NCBI GenBank assembly: GCA_035363115.1
Contig: DAOSEM010000003.1
Location: 125,317 to 189,316, forward strand
Length of the DNA stretch: 64,000 bases
Direction of reading: 5' to 3'
From: Syntrophales bacterium
GTDB taxonomy: Bacteria > Desulfobacterota > Syntrophia > Syntrophales > PHBD01
Shown here: positions 52,194 through 61,737 of the stretch, in pieces
Numbering within the stretch: position 1 is the stretch's first letter
Layout: the number at the start of each line of letters is the position of its first letter
The notes under the pieces: generated by a model
Databases searched by the model: none
Told to the model about the DNA's origin: nothing
What the model saw: only the letters and a program-made list of their open reading frames with translations
Translations under genes and position numbers: made by a program

Positions 52194-52906
52194 CGGGGAC
52201 GGGGCGAAGGCAGCCGGAGCGGGATGACTCCGGGAAGCAGGCCAGCTGGATGCTGACGTTCAACGATCTCATGACGCTGCTTCTGACGTTTTTTATCCTG
52301 CTCCTGGCGTTCTCGACGCTGCAGCCCCAGAAGGCGTCGCAGGCGGCCGCGTCGGCCGTGACGGCCCTCGGGGCGGAGCGGATGGGCGGAAACGCCCTGG
52401 AATGGTTCGTCCGGCCCTATGTGGACCGCGAGATCGAGGCACAAAAATCCCGGAAAGGGGCCACCCGTCCCGGCGACATCGTGCGGGAGCGGCAGGCCGT
52501 GGTCGCGTCGGCCCTGGCGGCGCTCCCGGGGGCACGGCTCGATGCCGCAGCCGGGGGATTCACCGTGCACCTGCCCTCACCCGGCCTGCTCGAGGGGGAA
52601 TCCCTGAAGCCGGGGCCGGCCCTGAAGGCGGTCCTCGACCGGCTGGCGGCCGTGTCGCGGAGCGGCGGCGCGAGGGTGGTCGTGACGGCCGGGGGGGAGA
52701 TTCGCGGGCCGGGGCAATCCGGCGGGGAACGCCGCAGACAGTCGATTCTCCGGTCCGATGCGGTGGCCCGCTACCTGTATGAAGCGGGAGGAATCCCGAT
52801 GGAGCGGATCTCCATCGCCTGGGCCGGGACGCCCGGCGGGGAGACGGACCGGCGACCGGACCCGGCCGCCGGGGCAATCCGGCTGGCCGTCGCTTTTCCC
52901 GGATAG
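52190..52906 (+). CDS. motB: MotB/PomB-like stator protein (Asp present)
   Basis: ATGA overlap with the preceding ORF. 'WMLTFNDLMTLLLTFFILLLAFS'. OmpA-like C-terminus 'ILRSDAVARYLYEAGGIPMERISIAWAG'. Confidence 0.8.
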   Translation: MTGTGRRQPERDDSGKQASWMLTFNDLMTLLLTFFILLLAFSTLQPQKASQAAASAVTALGAERMGGNALEWFVRPYVDREIEAQKSRKGATRPGDIVRERQAVVASALAALPGARLDAAAGGFTVHLPSPGLLEGESLKPGPALKAVLDRLAAVSRSGGARVVVTAGGEIRGPGQSGGERRRQSILRSDAVARYLYEAGGIPMERISIAWAGTPGGETDRRPDPAAGAIRLAVAFPG

Positions 52907-52965
52907 ACGGGCTTTCACGAGGCGGGGCAGGAAAAGGAATAATAAAGAGCGCGTCTGGAGGACTC

Positions 52966-53454
52966 ATGGCAGCGGAAAAGAAACAGGAAGAGAAGGAAGA
53001 GAAGAAAGACGGGGAACAGAAGAAATCCTTTCCCGTCAAGGCGATCGTCATCGGTCTCCTGGTGCTGGTTGTACTGGGTGCCGCCGGGGGCGGAGGCTTC
53101 TGGTTCTACACCCAGCAGACCGCGAAGAAGGAGGCGGCGCCGAAGCCCGCCGTTGCCGTGATGTGGGCGATGGATCCATTCATCGTCAACCTCATGGACA
53201 ACAACGGGGAGCGGTATCTGAAGCTGGCCATCCAGCTGGAGATCTCGGATCCCAAGGGGGTAGCCGAGTTGGACCAGATGAAGCCCAAGCTCCGGGACAA
53301 CGTGCTGGACCTCCTGTCGGCCAAGTCCGTCAAGGAACTGATGGACATGGCAGGCAAGCAGCGCCTGCGGGAGGAGATCGCCATGCGGCTGAATACCTTC
53401 CTGACCACGGGGAAGGTGTCCAAGGTCTATTTTACCGAGTTCGTGATTCAGTAG
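52966..53454 (+). CDS. fliL: flagellar basal-body-associated protein FliL
   Basis: 162 aa. TM, then 'MDPFIVNLMDNNGERYLKLAIQLEISD' and 'KVSKVYFTEFVIQ'. Confidence 0.92.
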   Translation: MAAEKKQEEKEEKKDGEQKKSFPVKAIVIGLLVLVVLGAAGGGGFWFYTQQTAKKEAAPKPAVAVMWAMDPFIVNLMDNNGERYLKLAIQLEISDPKGVAELDQMKPKLRDNVLDLLSAKSVKELMDMAGKQRLREEIAMRLNTFLTTGKVSKVYFTEFVIQ

Positions 53455-53539
53455 GCAAGCGGAACGGCCAGCCCGGCCGGGAAAGCCCGGGATGAAGCCC
53501 GGGACCGATCATGCAGTGCATGTCAAGGCAGAGTGAGCC

Positions 53540-54547
53540 ATGTCGCATATCCTGACCCAGGAAGAGGTGGACGCCCTCCTGAGGGGCATCTCCGGCGGGG
53601 AAATCGAGACGGATGTCCAGGTCTCCTTCGATCCCAACGACGCGATTCCCTACGATCTGACCAGCCAGGACCGGATCATCCGCGGCCGGATGCCGACCCT
53701 GGAGATGATCAACGAGAAGTTCGCCCGGATGTTCCGGGCGACCATGTCGTCGCTGCTCCGGCGCGTCGCCAGCGTGAGCGCCGTCTCCGTGGACATGATC
53801 AAGTTCGGCGAGTTCCTCAAGACCCTGCCCGTTCCCACCAGCCTGCACCTGTTCCGGATGGATCCCCTGCGGGGGAACGCCCTGTGCGTGGTGGAGGCCA
53901 AGGTCATCTTCATGCTGGTGGACATCATCTTTGGCGGATCCGGGAAGGATTTCTTCAAGATCGAGGGCCGCGAATTCACCGCCATCGAGAGCAGCGTCAT
54001 CCGCAAGGTCGTCATCAACGCCCTGGAGGACCTGGAGAAGGCCTGGCGGGCCCTCCTGGACGTCAAGATCGTTTATCAGCGCTCGGAGATCAATCCGCAG
54101 TTTGTCCAGATCGTCGCCCCGACCGACGTGGTCGTGGTGATCCAGTTCGAGATCGAAGTGGAATACTCCTCGGGAATCATGACCCTCTGCATTCCGTACT
54201 CAACCCTCGAACCCGTGAGGGAGAGGCTGCAGGCGGGCTTCCAGAGTGAACAGCTCGAGGTGGACAAGGGCTGGGTCGATCGGCTCCGGAAAAACATCGC
54301 CAAGTCCCAGGCGGAAATCGCCGTGGAGCTGGGAAGCACGGAGATCTCCGCCCGGGACGTCGTGAACATGAAGCCGGGGGACGTCATTCCCCTGGACCAG
54401 TATGCCTCCGACGCCATGATGGTGTTCGTGGAGGGCATCCTCAAATACCGGGGTTACCCCGGAATATACAAGGGCAATCAAGCCGTCAGGATTTCCGAGG
54501 TGATCCTGGCGAAAGGGGGACAGGAAGATGGAGCAGAAGGAAATTGA
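53540..54547 (+). CDS. fliM: flagellar motor switch protein FliM
   Basis: 335 aa. N-terminal CheY-P binding peptide 'ILTQEEVDALLRG'. 'RMPTLEMINEKFARMFRATMSSLLRR'. Confidence 0.96.
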   Translation: MSHILTQEEVDALLRGISGGEIETDVQVSFDPNDAIPYDLTSQDRIIRGRMPTLEMINEKFARMFRATMSSLLRRVASVSAVSVDMIKFGEFLKTLPVPTSLHLFRMDPLRGNALCVVEAKVIFMLVDIIFGGSGKDFFKIEGREFTAIESSVIRKVVINALEDLEKAWRALLDVKIVYQRSEINPQFVQIVAPTDVVVVIQFEIEVEYSSGIMTLCIPYSTLEPVRERLQAGFQSEQLEVDKGWVDRLRKNIAKSQAEIAVELGSTEISARDVVNMKPGDVIPLDQYASDAMMVFVEGILKYRGYPGIYKGNQAVRISEVILAKGGQEDGAEGN

Positions 54548-55004
54548 CGATCTCCTGAAGGGAATCGATCTGGGGGAGGAAGGCGGCGGCGGAGAAGCGG
54601 CGAAGCCGGAGGAAGATCTCACCTGGGACGACGTCCAGGAAGAGATGGCCCTCTCGCAGACCAAGAAGCCGCCGGCGGAGGTCAGCGCGGTCAACTTCCA
54701 GGAGATCCAGCCCACCGCCCAGCCGGCGATGGACCCGAAAAAGTCCCTCGACCTGGATTTCATCCTCGACATTCCGCTGACGCTGAACGTCGAGCTGGGG
54801 AGGAACCGCATGCTCATCAGCGACCTGCTCCAGCTGGGCCAGGGCTCGGTGATCGAGTTGGCCAAGCTCGCCGGGGAACCGATGGACGTCTACGTGAACC
54901 AGCGCCTCATCGCCCGGGGGGAAGTGGTCGTGGTGAATGAAAAATTCGGGATCCGGCTGACGGACATCGTCTCTCCGGTGGACCGGATCAACAACCTGCG
55001 CTGA
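54528..55004 (+). CDS. fliN: flagellar motor switch protein FliN (with FliM-like N-terminal EIDxLL peptide)
   Basis: 158 aa. 'MEQKEIDDLLKG' and the SpoA domain 'LNVELGRNRMLISDLLQLGQGSVIELAKLAGEPMDVYVNQRLIARGEVVVVNEKFGIRL'. Confidence 0.94.
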   Translation: MEQKEIDDLLKGIDLGEEGGGGEAAKPEEDLTWDDVQEEMALSQTKKPPAEVSAVNFQEIQPTAQPAMDPKKSLDLDFILDIPLTLNVELGRNRMLISDLLQLGQGSVIELAKLAGEPMDVYVNQRLIARGEVVVVNEKFGIRLTDIVSPVDRINNLR

Positions 55005-55007
55005 GGG

Positions 55008-55400
55008 ATGACCGTGGACTTCAGTTTCTTTTCGGCACTCCTGAAAATGCTCTTCGCCCTGGCGGTCGTACTGGGCCTCCTGATCGGATCCGTCTATTTT
55101 CTCAAACGGTTCATGGCGCCCGCAGGCGTGGACCCGGAAGGGCAGTTGATCCGGATCCTGGCGACCCGCTCCCTGGGACCGAAGAGCAGCATCCTGGTGG
55201 TGGACATCATGGGCAAGGTTGTGGCGCTGGGCGTCACGGGCTCCCAGATCTCCACGATTACCGACCTGGACGATCCTTCCATTGTCGAGAGGCTTCAGCC
55301 CCCGGGGGGAGCCCCGGTGTCGCCCCTTCCGATGTCCCTGGATCGGTACCGCAAGCTCCTGAAATCGTTCACATCGCCCAAGAAAGGCGGCAAGCCATGA
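55008..55400 (+). CDS. fliO: flagellar biosynthesis protein FliO
   Basis: 130 aa. Single TM 'LFALAVVLGLLIGSVYFLKRF', then 'IRILATRSLGPKSSILVVDIMGKVVALGV'. Confidence 0.85.
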   Translation: MTVDFSFFSALLKMLFALAVVLGLLIGSVYFLKRFMAPAGVDPEGQLIRILATRSLGPKSSILVVDIMGKVVALGVTGSQISTITDLDDPSIVERLQPPGGAPVSPLPMSLDRYRKLLKSFTSPKKGGKP

Positions 55401-56176
55401 GGGGGCGGCGCATCCAGAAGGCCTTGATCCTCCTGGTCCTGCTTGCGATTCCGGCGGCCATCCTGCTCGCGGCGACGCCGGGGGAGGCCCAGACGCTCTC
55501 GCTTCCGAATGTCAGCCTCCAGATCGGCGGGACCGCGGATACTCCCGGAAAGACGGCGACGGCCCTGCAGCTTCTTCTCCTGCTGACGGTCCTGTCGCTG
55601 GCGCCGGCGATCCTCCTGATGCTCACGTCCTTCACGCGCATCATCGTCGTCCTTTCGCTCCTGCGGAATGCCCTGGGAACGCAGCAGATGCCCCCGAACC
55701 AGGTCCTGATCGGTCTCGCCCTGTTCCTGACATTTTTCATCATGGCCCCGGTCTGGCAGAAGGTCAACGCGGAGGCCCTGCAGCCGTACTACCAGGAAGC
55801 CATCTCCGGGGAGCAGGCCATGGAGAAGGCGGTCGCACCGGTGAAGGACTTCATGCTGAAACAGACCCGGGAGAAAGACCTGGCGCTGTTTGTGTCCATT
55901 TCCAGGGAAAAGCGTCCCGCCAATCCGCAGGAGGTCTCCCTGACGACCCTGATCCCGGCATTCATCATCAGCGAGTTGAAGACGGCCTTCCAGATCGGTT
56001 TCATGATCTACCTGCCGTTTTTCGTCATCGACATGGTGATCGCCAGCATCCTCCTGTCCATGGGCATGATGATGCTGCCGCCCATCATGATGAGCCTGCC
56101 TTTCAAGCTGCTCCTCTTCGTGCTGGTGGACGGGTGGTACCTGGTTGTGGGATCCCTGGTGCAGAGTTTCCGGTGA
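55397..56176 (+). CDS. fliP: flagellar export gate protein FliP
   Basis: 259 aa. 'LLMLTSFTRIIVVLSLLRNALGTQQMPPNQVLIGLALFLTFFIM'. Confidence 0.96.
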   Translation: MRGRRIQKALILLVLLAIPAAILLAATPGEAQTLSLPNVSLQIGGTADTPGKTATALQLLLLLTVLSLAPAILLMLTSFTRIIVVLSLLRNALGTQQMPPNQVLIGLALFLTFFIMAPVWQKVNAEALQPYYQEAISGEQAMEKAVAPVKDFMLKQTREKDLALFVSISREKRPANPQEVSLTTLIPAFIISELKTAFQIGFMIYLPFFVIDMVIASILLSMGMMMLPPIMMSLPFKLLLFVLVDGWYLVVGSLVQSFR

Positions 56177-56255
56177 AGCATTTCTTTCGGTCACCGGTCC
56201 GATCAACGACGAGAGCCGCCTCCCCGGGGAGGCCGGGAAGGAGAGTGAAGGAATC

Positions 56256-56525
56256 ATGACGATCGATTTTGTCGTGGGGATCATGGCGGAGACCGTGAAG
56301 GTGACGCTGATGGTGGCGGCGCCGGTCCTCCTGGTCAGCCTGGTGGTGGGTGTCGCCATCAGCCTGTTCCAGGCGCTGACCCAGATCCAGGAGATGACCC
56401 TGTCGTTCGTGCCCAAGATCGTCGCCAGCCTGGTCGCCATGGTGGTGGCCCTCCCCTGGATGCTCGGCAGCCTGATCACCTTCACGGAGAAGATCTTCAA
56501 GGGAATCCCGCTGTTCATCCGGTAG
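56256..56525 (+). CDS. fliQ: flagellar export gate protein FliQ
   Basis: 89 aa from ATG 56256. 'LLVSLVVGVAISLFQALTQIQEMTLSFVPKI'. Confidence 0.94.
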   Translation: MTIDFVVGIMAETVKVTLMVAAPVLLVSLVVGVAISLFQALTQIQEMTLSFVPKIVASLVAMVVALPWMLGSLITFTEKIFKGIPLFIR

Positions 56526-56555
56526 AGGAGAGCGGCAGGGCCGGGGGCATCCGCC

Positions 56556-57335
56556 ATGAACATCCCGATGGTCACACCCGAGCAGGTCGGGACCTTTCTC
56601 TTCGTCTTCCTGCGCCTGAGCGCCATGATCGCGCTCCTGCCCATCTTCGGCGACCGTCCGGTCCTGCTCCGGGTGAGGGCCGGCCTCTCCCTGGTCATCT
56701 CCTTTCTGATCTTTCCCTTCGTGGAGACGGCAAACGCGCAGGTCCTGACGGGGAACGTCGTCTCCCTGATCGTGTCCATGGCGGGCGAGGTGCTCATCGG
56801 CGTCATCCTGGGATTCGCCGTCCGCTGCGTTTTTGCCGGGATCCAGTATGCCGGGGAGGTGGCGGGCCTCCAGATGGGATTCTTCATTGCCAATGTGCTC
56901 GATCCCGTGGAGAGCCGCCAGGTCTCCGTCATCGCCGAGATCCAGTACATGATGGCCCTGGTGGTCTTCCTGGTGCTGGACGGCCACCATGCGCTCCTTC
57001 AGGCCGTCAACGAAAGCTTCCGGGTCATTCCCCTGGGGGGGCTTCACGTAACGGGTCCCCTCGTGCAGACGATTTTCGGGTGGACCAGCGGGGTATTCGT
57101 CATCGCCCTGAAAATCGGCGCCCCCATCATGGCGGCCCTGATTTTCACCAATGTGGCCCTCGGCATCGTGGCCCGGACGGTCCCGCAGATCAATGTCTTC
57201 ATCGTGGGGTTTCCCCTGCAGATCGCCGTGGGATTCCTTTTCTTCGGTCTCTCCGTTCCGCTGTTCGTCGCTCTCGTGGGGCGGCTCTTCTCCCGAATTC
57301 CGGGGGAGCTGGGGGCGGTTCTACGCCTGATGTAA
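56556..57335 (+). CDS. fliR: flagellar export gate protein FliR
   Basis: 259 aa polytopic membrane protein. 'FLFVFLRLSAMIALLPIFG' and 'GIVARTVPQINVFIVGFPLQI'. Confidence 0.94.
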   Translation: MNIPMVTPEQVGTFLFVFLRLSAMIALLPIFGDRPVLLRVRAGLSLVISFLIFPFVETANAQVLTGNVVSLIVSMAGEVLIGVILGFAVRCVFAGIQYAGEVAGLQMGFFIANVLDPVESRQVSVIAEIQYMMALVVFLVLDGHHALLQAVNESFRVIPLGGLHVTGPLVQTIFGWTSGVFVIALKIGAPIMAALIFTNVALGIVARTVPQINVFIVGFPLQIAVGFLFFGLSVPLFVALVGRLFSRIPGELGAVLRLM

Positions 57336-57387
57336 ATTCGCTGATTCGTTGACGCTACCGTCAACCAATCGATAGGAGGCACCGGCC

Positions 57388-58458
57388 GTGCCGGAGAGAA
57401 AGGACGACCAGGAGAGGACCGAGCGCGCAACCCCGCGAAAGCGGGAAGAGGCCCGCAAGAAGGGACAGGTTGCCCGCAGCCGGGAGGTGGTCTCCGCGGC
57501 GGTCCTGTCGGCCTGCCTGATTTGCCTGTATTTCCAGGCCTCCGGGACGATGGAGCGCCTGATGAACATGATGCGCTCCGCCTTCCGCCGCAGCATCGCC
57601 GTTACGCTCAACACGGACACGGTGCCGGCCCTCTTCACCCAGACCGTCCTGGAGGTGCTGATCCTCCTGGCGCCCCTGTTCCTGACGGTCGTCCTGGCGG
57701 GTCTCGCCGCCAACGCCTTCCAGGTGGGTTTCCAGGTCACCGCGGAGAGCGTGACGCCCAAACTGTCCAAGATCAACCCCCTGGAAGGGTTCAAGCGCCT
57801 GTTTTCCCTCCAGTCGCTCATGGAGCTGGTGAAAAGCGTCATGAAGTTGGCCATTGTCGGTTTCGTGGCGTACCTGTCCGTGCGGTCGGAGCTGACCCAG
57901 ATCATTCCCCTGATGGATCAGAGCGCGCCCGATATCGTCCGCTTCATCGGGCGGATGTCCTTCCGGATTCTCGGCACCACCTGCGTCATCCTGGCGTTCC
58001 TGGCGGTCCTCGATTACGGCTACCAGCGGTGGGAGCACGAGCGGAACCTCCGCATGTCCCGGCAGGAGCTGAAGGATGAAACCAAGGAAACGGAAGGAGA
58101 TCCCCTGATCAAGAGCCGGATCCGGAGGATCCAGCAGGAGATGGCCCGCAAGCGGATGATGGCCGCCGTCCCAAAGGCGGACGTGGTCATCACGAACCCA
58201 ACCCACCTGGCGGTGGCCATCCAGTATGACCCGGAGCGCATGGCCGCACCGACGGTCGTCGCCAAGGGACGGGGCTTTGTGGCGGCGACCATCCGGGAGG
58301 TTGCCGAGCGCAGCGGCGTGCCGGTGATCGAAAACAAGCCGGTGGCACAAGTATTGTATAAGATGGTTGACGTAAGCGGGGCCATCCCTGAAAACCTGTA
58401 CAAAGCCGTCGCCGAGATCCTCGCTTTCGTCTACATGCTCCGCGAGAACGCACGATAA
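57388..58458 (+). CDS. flhB: flagellar export switch protein FlhB
   Basis: 356 aa with a GTG start. 'ERTERATPRKREEARKKGQVARSREV' and the autocleavage motif 'VITNPTHLAVAIQY'. Confidence 0.96.
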   Translation: MPERKDDQERTERATPRKREEARKKGQVARSREVVSAAVLSACLICLYFQASGTMERLMNMMRSAFRRSIAVTLNTDTVPALFTQTVLEVLILLAPLFLTVVLAGLAANAFQVGFQVTAESVTPKLSKINPLEGFKRLFSLQSLMELVKSVMKLAIVGFVAYLSVRSELTQIIPLMDQSAPDIVRFIGRMSFRILGTTCVILAFLAVLDYGYQRWEHERNLRMSRQELKDETKETEGDPLIKSRIRRIQQEMARKRMMAAVPKADVVITNPTHLAVAIQYDPERMAAPTVVAKGRGFVAATIREVAERSGVPVIENKPVAQVLYKMVDVSGAIPENLYKAVAEILAFVYMLRENAR

Positions 58459-58473
58459 AAGGAAAACGGATTC

Positions 58474-60579
58474 ATGGAAGCAAGAGCCGCTGCAGCCGAT
58501 TCAGGCGTTCCGATGACCGGGCTCATGAAGAGCTCCAGCGCCGTCCTGGCTTTCGGGGTCGTGGGTATCCTGCTCGTCATGATGGTTCCCCTTCCGACCC
58601 TGCTCCTGGACGTCCTGCTGTCCATGAACATCGCCATTTCCCTCATTATTCTCCTTATGTCCCTGTACGTCCTGCGTCCCCTGGACTTTTCCGTGTTCCC
58701 CTCCGTCCTCCTGGTGGTGACCCTCCTGCGCCTTTCCCTGAACGTCGCCTCCACGAGGCTCATCCTGCTCCACGGCAGCGAGGGGACCGATGCCGCCGGC
58801 CAGGTCATCAAGGCCTTCGGGACCTTCGTCGTGGGGGGGAACTACGTGGTCGGCATGATCGTCTTCTCCGTCCTCGTGCTGATCAACTTCGTGGTCATCA
58901 CCAAGGGCGCCACGCGCATCGCCGAGGTGGCCGCCCGCTTTACCCTGGATTCCATGCCCGGCAAGCAGATGAGCATCGATGCCGATCTGAACACGGGCCT
59001 GATCAACGACAACGAGGCCCGCAGGCGCCGCCGGGATCTGGAGAGCGAGTCGAACTTCTACGGGGCCATGGACGGCGCCAGCAAGTTCGTCCGCGGCGAT
59101 GCCGTCGCCGGCATCATCATCGTCCTGGTGAACATCGTCGGCGGGCTCATCATCGGCGCGCTCCAGCAGGGCATGCCCATCGCCGATGCGGCCCGGACCT
59201 ACACGCTGCTCAGCATCGGAGACGGGCTGGTGACACAGGTGCCCGCCCTCATCGTGTCCACCGCGGCGGGCATGCTGGTGACCCGGACGGCCGGAACCAC
59301 GGAGCTGGGCCAGGAAATGAGGCTGCAGCTCTTCGCCCAGCCAAAGGCGGTCGCCGCGGCGGCGGTCGTGCTCCTGATTTTCGCCCTCATCCCGGGAATG
59401 CCGAAGCAGGCGTTTCTGACCATCGCCGTGCTGGTCGGGGTGGCCGCCTGGCAGCTTGCCCGCATCCGGGTCCGGGAGGAAGAAAAAGAAAAGGAAGAGG
59501 CCCCGGCGCCTCCCCAGGCGGAGGCAGCACCCCTCCTGGATCCGCTGGACGCCCTCGGACTGGAGGTGGGCTACGGCCTGATCCCCTTCGTCGACGCCTC
59601 CCAGGGAGGGGAGCTGCTGCGCCGGATCCGGATGTTCCGCAAGCAGATCGCCCAGGACATGGGATTTGTCGTTCCGTCCATCCATATCCGCGACAACCTG
59701 CAGCTCAAGCCCTATGAATACGCGTTCCTGGTGAAGGGGGTCGAGGTGGCCCGCGGGGAGATCCTGGCGGGGCACCAGCTCGCCATCGTCCAGGAAGGCA
59801 TGAAGGTCCGCGTCAAGGGAATCGAAACGAAGGAACCCGCCTTCGGTCTCCCGGCGGTCTGGGTTCCGGACCGGGAACGGGAGACCCTGCAGGCCCAGGG
59901 AGTCGTCGTGGTCGATCCGGCGACGGTCATCACCACGCACCTGACGGAGCTGATCAAGTCCAACGTGGACTCGCTCCTGGGGCGCCAGGAAATCCAGGTG
60001 CTCCTGGACAGCCTGGCGGCCTCGGCTCCGCGGCTCGTGGAAGACCTGGTCCCGAAGGTCATCCCCGTGGGGACCCTCCAGAAAGTACTGCAGCGGCTCC
60101 TGGGCGAGCGCATTCCGATCCGCGATCTGCAGACGATCCTGGAGACGCTGGCGGATTACGTTCCCCTTACGAAAAACGTCGACGTCCTGACCGGTTATGT
60201 TCGGCAGGCCCTGTCGAGGGTGATCACGCGCCTCCACGCGGACGAGCGGGGCGGGCTCCACGTGATCATGATTTCCCCGGAGATCGAGGAGGGCATTCAG
60301 CAGACCCTCCAGCACACGGAGTTTGAATCGTTCGCCTCGCCGGATCCCCAGATGGTCCGGAAGATCGTCACGAACATGAAGCGGTTTGTCCCGCTCTTCA
60401 CGTCCCGCGGACTGCAGCCGATTGTCCTGTGCTCGCCCACCGTCCGCATCCACCTGCGGCGGATCATGGAGCGGTTCGTGCCCAACCTGGTCGTCCTGGC
60501 ACACAACGAGATCACCCGGGATGCAAAACTGACCTCACTCGGTCTTTTGGAGTTGAGCCATGCAAATGAAACGGTATGA
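58474..60579 (+). CDS. flhA: flagellar export gate protein FlhA
   Basis: 701 aa. 'FPSVLLVVTLLRLSLNVASTRLIL' and 'ARFTLDSMPGKQMSIDADL'. Confidence 0.97.
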   Translation: MEARAAAADSGVPMTGLMKSSSAVLAFGVVGILLVMMVPLPTLLLDVLLSMNIAISLIILLMSLYVLRPLDFSVFPSVLLVVTLLRLSLNVASTRLILLHGSEGTDAAGQVIKAFGTFVVGGNYVVGMIVFSVLVLINFVVITKGATRIAEVAARFTLDSMPGKQMSIDADLNTGLINDNEARRRRRDLESESNFYGAMDGASKFVRGDAVAGIIIVLVNIVGGLIIGALQQGMPIADAARTYTLLSIGDGLVTQVPALIVSTAAGMLVTRTAGTTELGQEMRLQLFAQPKAVAAAAVVLLIFALIPGMPKQAFLTIAVLVGVAAWQLARIRVREEEKEKEEAPAPPQAEAAPLLDPLDALGLEVGYGLIPFVDASQGGELLRRIRMFRKQIAQDMGFVVPSIHIRDNLQLKPYEYAFLVKGVEVARGEILAGHQLAIVQEGMKVRVKGIETKEPAFGLPAVWVPDRERETLQAQGVVVVDPATVITTHLTELIKSNVDSLLGRQEIQVLLDSLAASAPRLVEDLVPKVIPVGTLQKVLQRLLGERIPIRDLQTILETLADYVPLTKNVDVLTGYVRQALSRVITRLHADERGGLHVIMISPEIEEGIQQTLQHTEFESFASPDPQMVRKIVTNMKRFVPLFTSRGLQPIVLCSPTVRIHLRRIMERFVPNLVVLAHNEITRDAKLTSLGLLELSHANETV

Positions 60580-61726
60580 GGTTTCCAGCCTCCAGGAAGC
60601 GATGCGCCGGGTCAAGAAAGACCTCGGGCCGGAGGCGATCATCCTGTCCACGAAAACCCTGAGGGATTCGAATCCGCCCCTTCTGGAGGTGGTGGCCGCG
60701 CTGGATCGGAAACACGGTGAAGAGCCTCTTCCCGTCGCCCAACGCCAGCCCCCGCCTCCGCCGGCCCCTCCGGCGGGAGAGGCAATGCCCGACTGGGCAC
60801 GCTCCATCACGGGAGAACTCCGGGAGTTGAAGGGACTGCTTGGGAACGACCGGCCGGATCAGCAGCTCCGGGAGGAGTTGTCGGAAGTCAAGGAAGCCCT
60901 CTTCACGCTCTTCGACATGCTCGGGTTCCGGCACGGCGGCGGCGATCCGTCTCCCTACGGGCGCCTGTACCACCGCCTGCTGGCCAACGGGGTCTCCCGG
61001 CCGCGTGCCCTCAAGATCGTCGACGGGGTCCGCCAGGAAGGCGGCAGCGGGGAGGAGACCTACGAGGCATCCGTCCGCCGTGCACGGGAAGCGATTCTGC
61101 GCTCCATTGCCCGGGAGGAGAACCCCGGCCTGGAGAAGCGGGTGAAAGCTCTTGTCGGGCCGACCGGTGTCGGAAAGACCACGACCCTGGCGAAGCTGGC
61201 CGCCCGATTTGCCCTGGAACAGAAGCAGAAGGTCGGGCTGATCACGCTGGACACCTACCGAATCGCCTCGGTGGACCAGCTCCAGACCTATGCGGACATC
61301 ATGAAGCTTCCCCTGCGGGTGGCCGGGGATGGGGAAGGATTCCGGGAGTCCCTCCGGAGTTTCGATGACCGCGACGTCATCCTCGTGGACACGCCGGGGA
61401 GAAATCCCGAAGACACGGAATACCTGAACGAATTGAAGCGTCAGTTCGGCGGGTCGCCCGACCTGGAAGTGAGCCTGCTGTTGACGCCGGCGATGAACAG
61501 GGAGGGCCTCCAGGTAACGGCGGACCGTTTCCGTCTCCTGGACTACGATTCGCTCATCCTGACCAAGCTCGATGAATGTCAGCGCTTTGGCGTGGTCTAC
61601 GACATCCTGGAGCAGGCGGGACGGCCCGTCCGGTATGTGACCTGTGGACAGAACGTGCCGCAGGATATCAAGGAAGTAACCCCGGGATCGCTGGCATCGC
61701 TGATTCTCGGGCATTCGATTCATTGA
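60560..61726 (+). CDS. flhF: flagellar SRP-type GTPase FlhF
   Basis: 388 aa. 'LVGPTGVGKTTTLAKLAA', 'DTPGRN' and 'LTKLDE'. Confidence 0.95.
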   Translation: MQMKRYEVSSLQEAMRRVKKDLGPEAIILSTKTLRDSNPPLLEVVAALDRKHGEEPLPVAQRQPPPPPAPPAGEAMPDWARSITGELRELKGLLGNDRPDQQLREELSEVKEALFTLFDMLGFRHGGGDPSPYGRLYHRLLANGVSRPRALKIVDGVRQEGGSGEETYEASVRRAREAILRSIAREENPGLEKRVKALVGPTGVGKTTTLAKLAARFALEQKQKVGLITLDTYRIASVDQLQTYADIMKLPLRVAGDGEGFRESLRSFDDRDVILVDTPGRNPEDTEYLNELKRQFGGSPDLEVSLLLTPAMNREGLQVTADRFRLLDYDSLILTKLDECQRFGVVYDILEQAGRPVRYVTCGQNVPQDIKEVTPGSLASLILGHSIH

Positions 61727-61737
61727 CGGGGGATGGT

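Noticed and set aside
53500-53515. CGGGAC-CGATC-ATGCA upstream of fliM (sigma54-like)
   Set aside because: The spacing is correct but both elements are imperfect. It would also leave only a ~13-nt leader before the fliM ATG, so this is more likely read-through from fliL.
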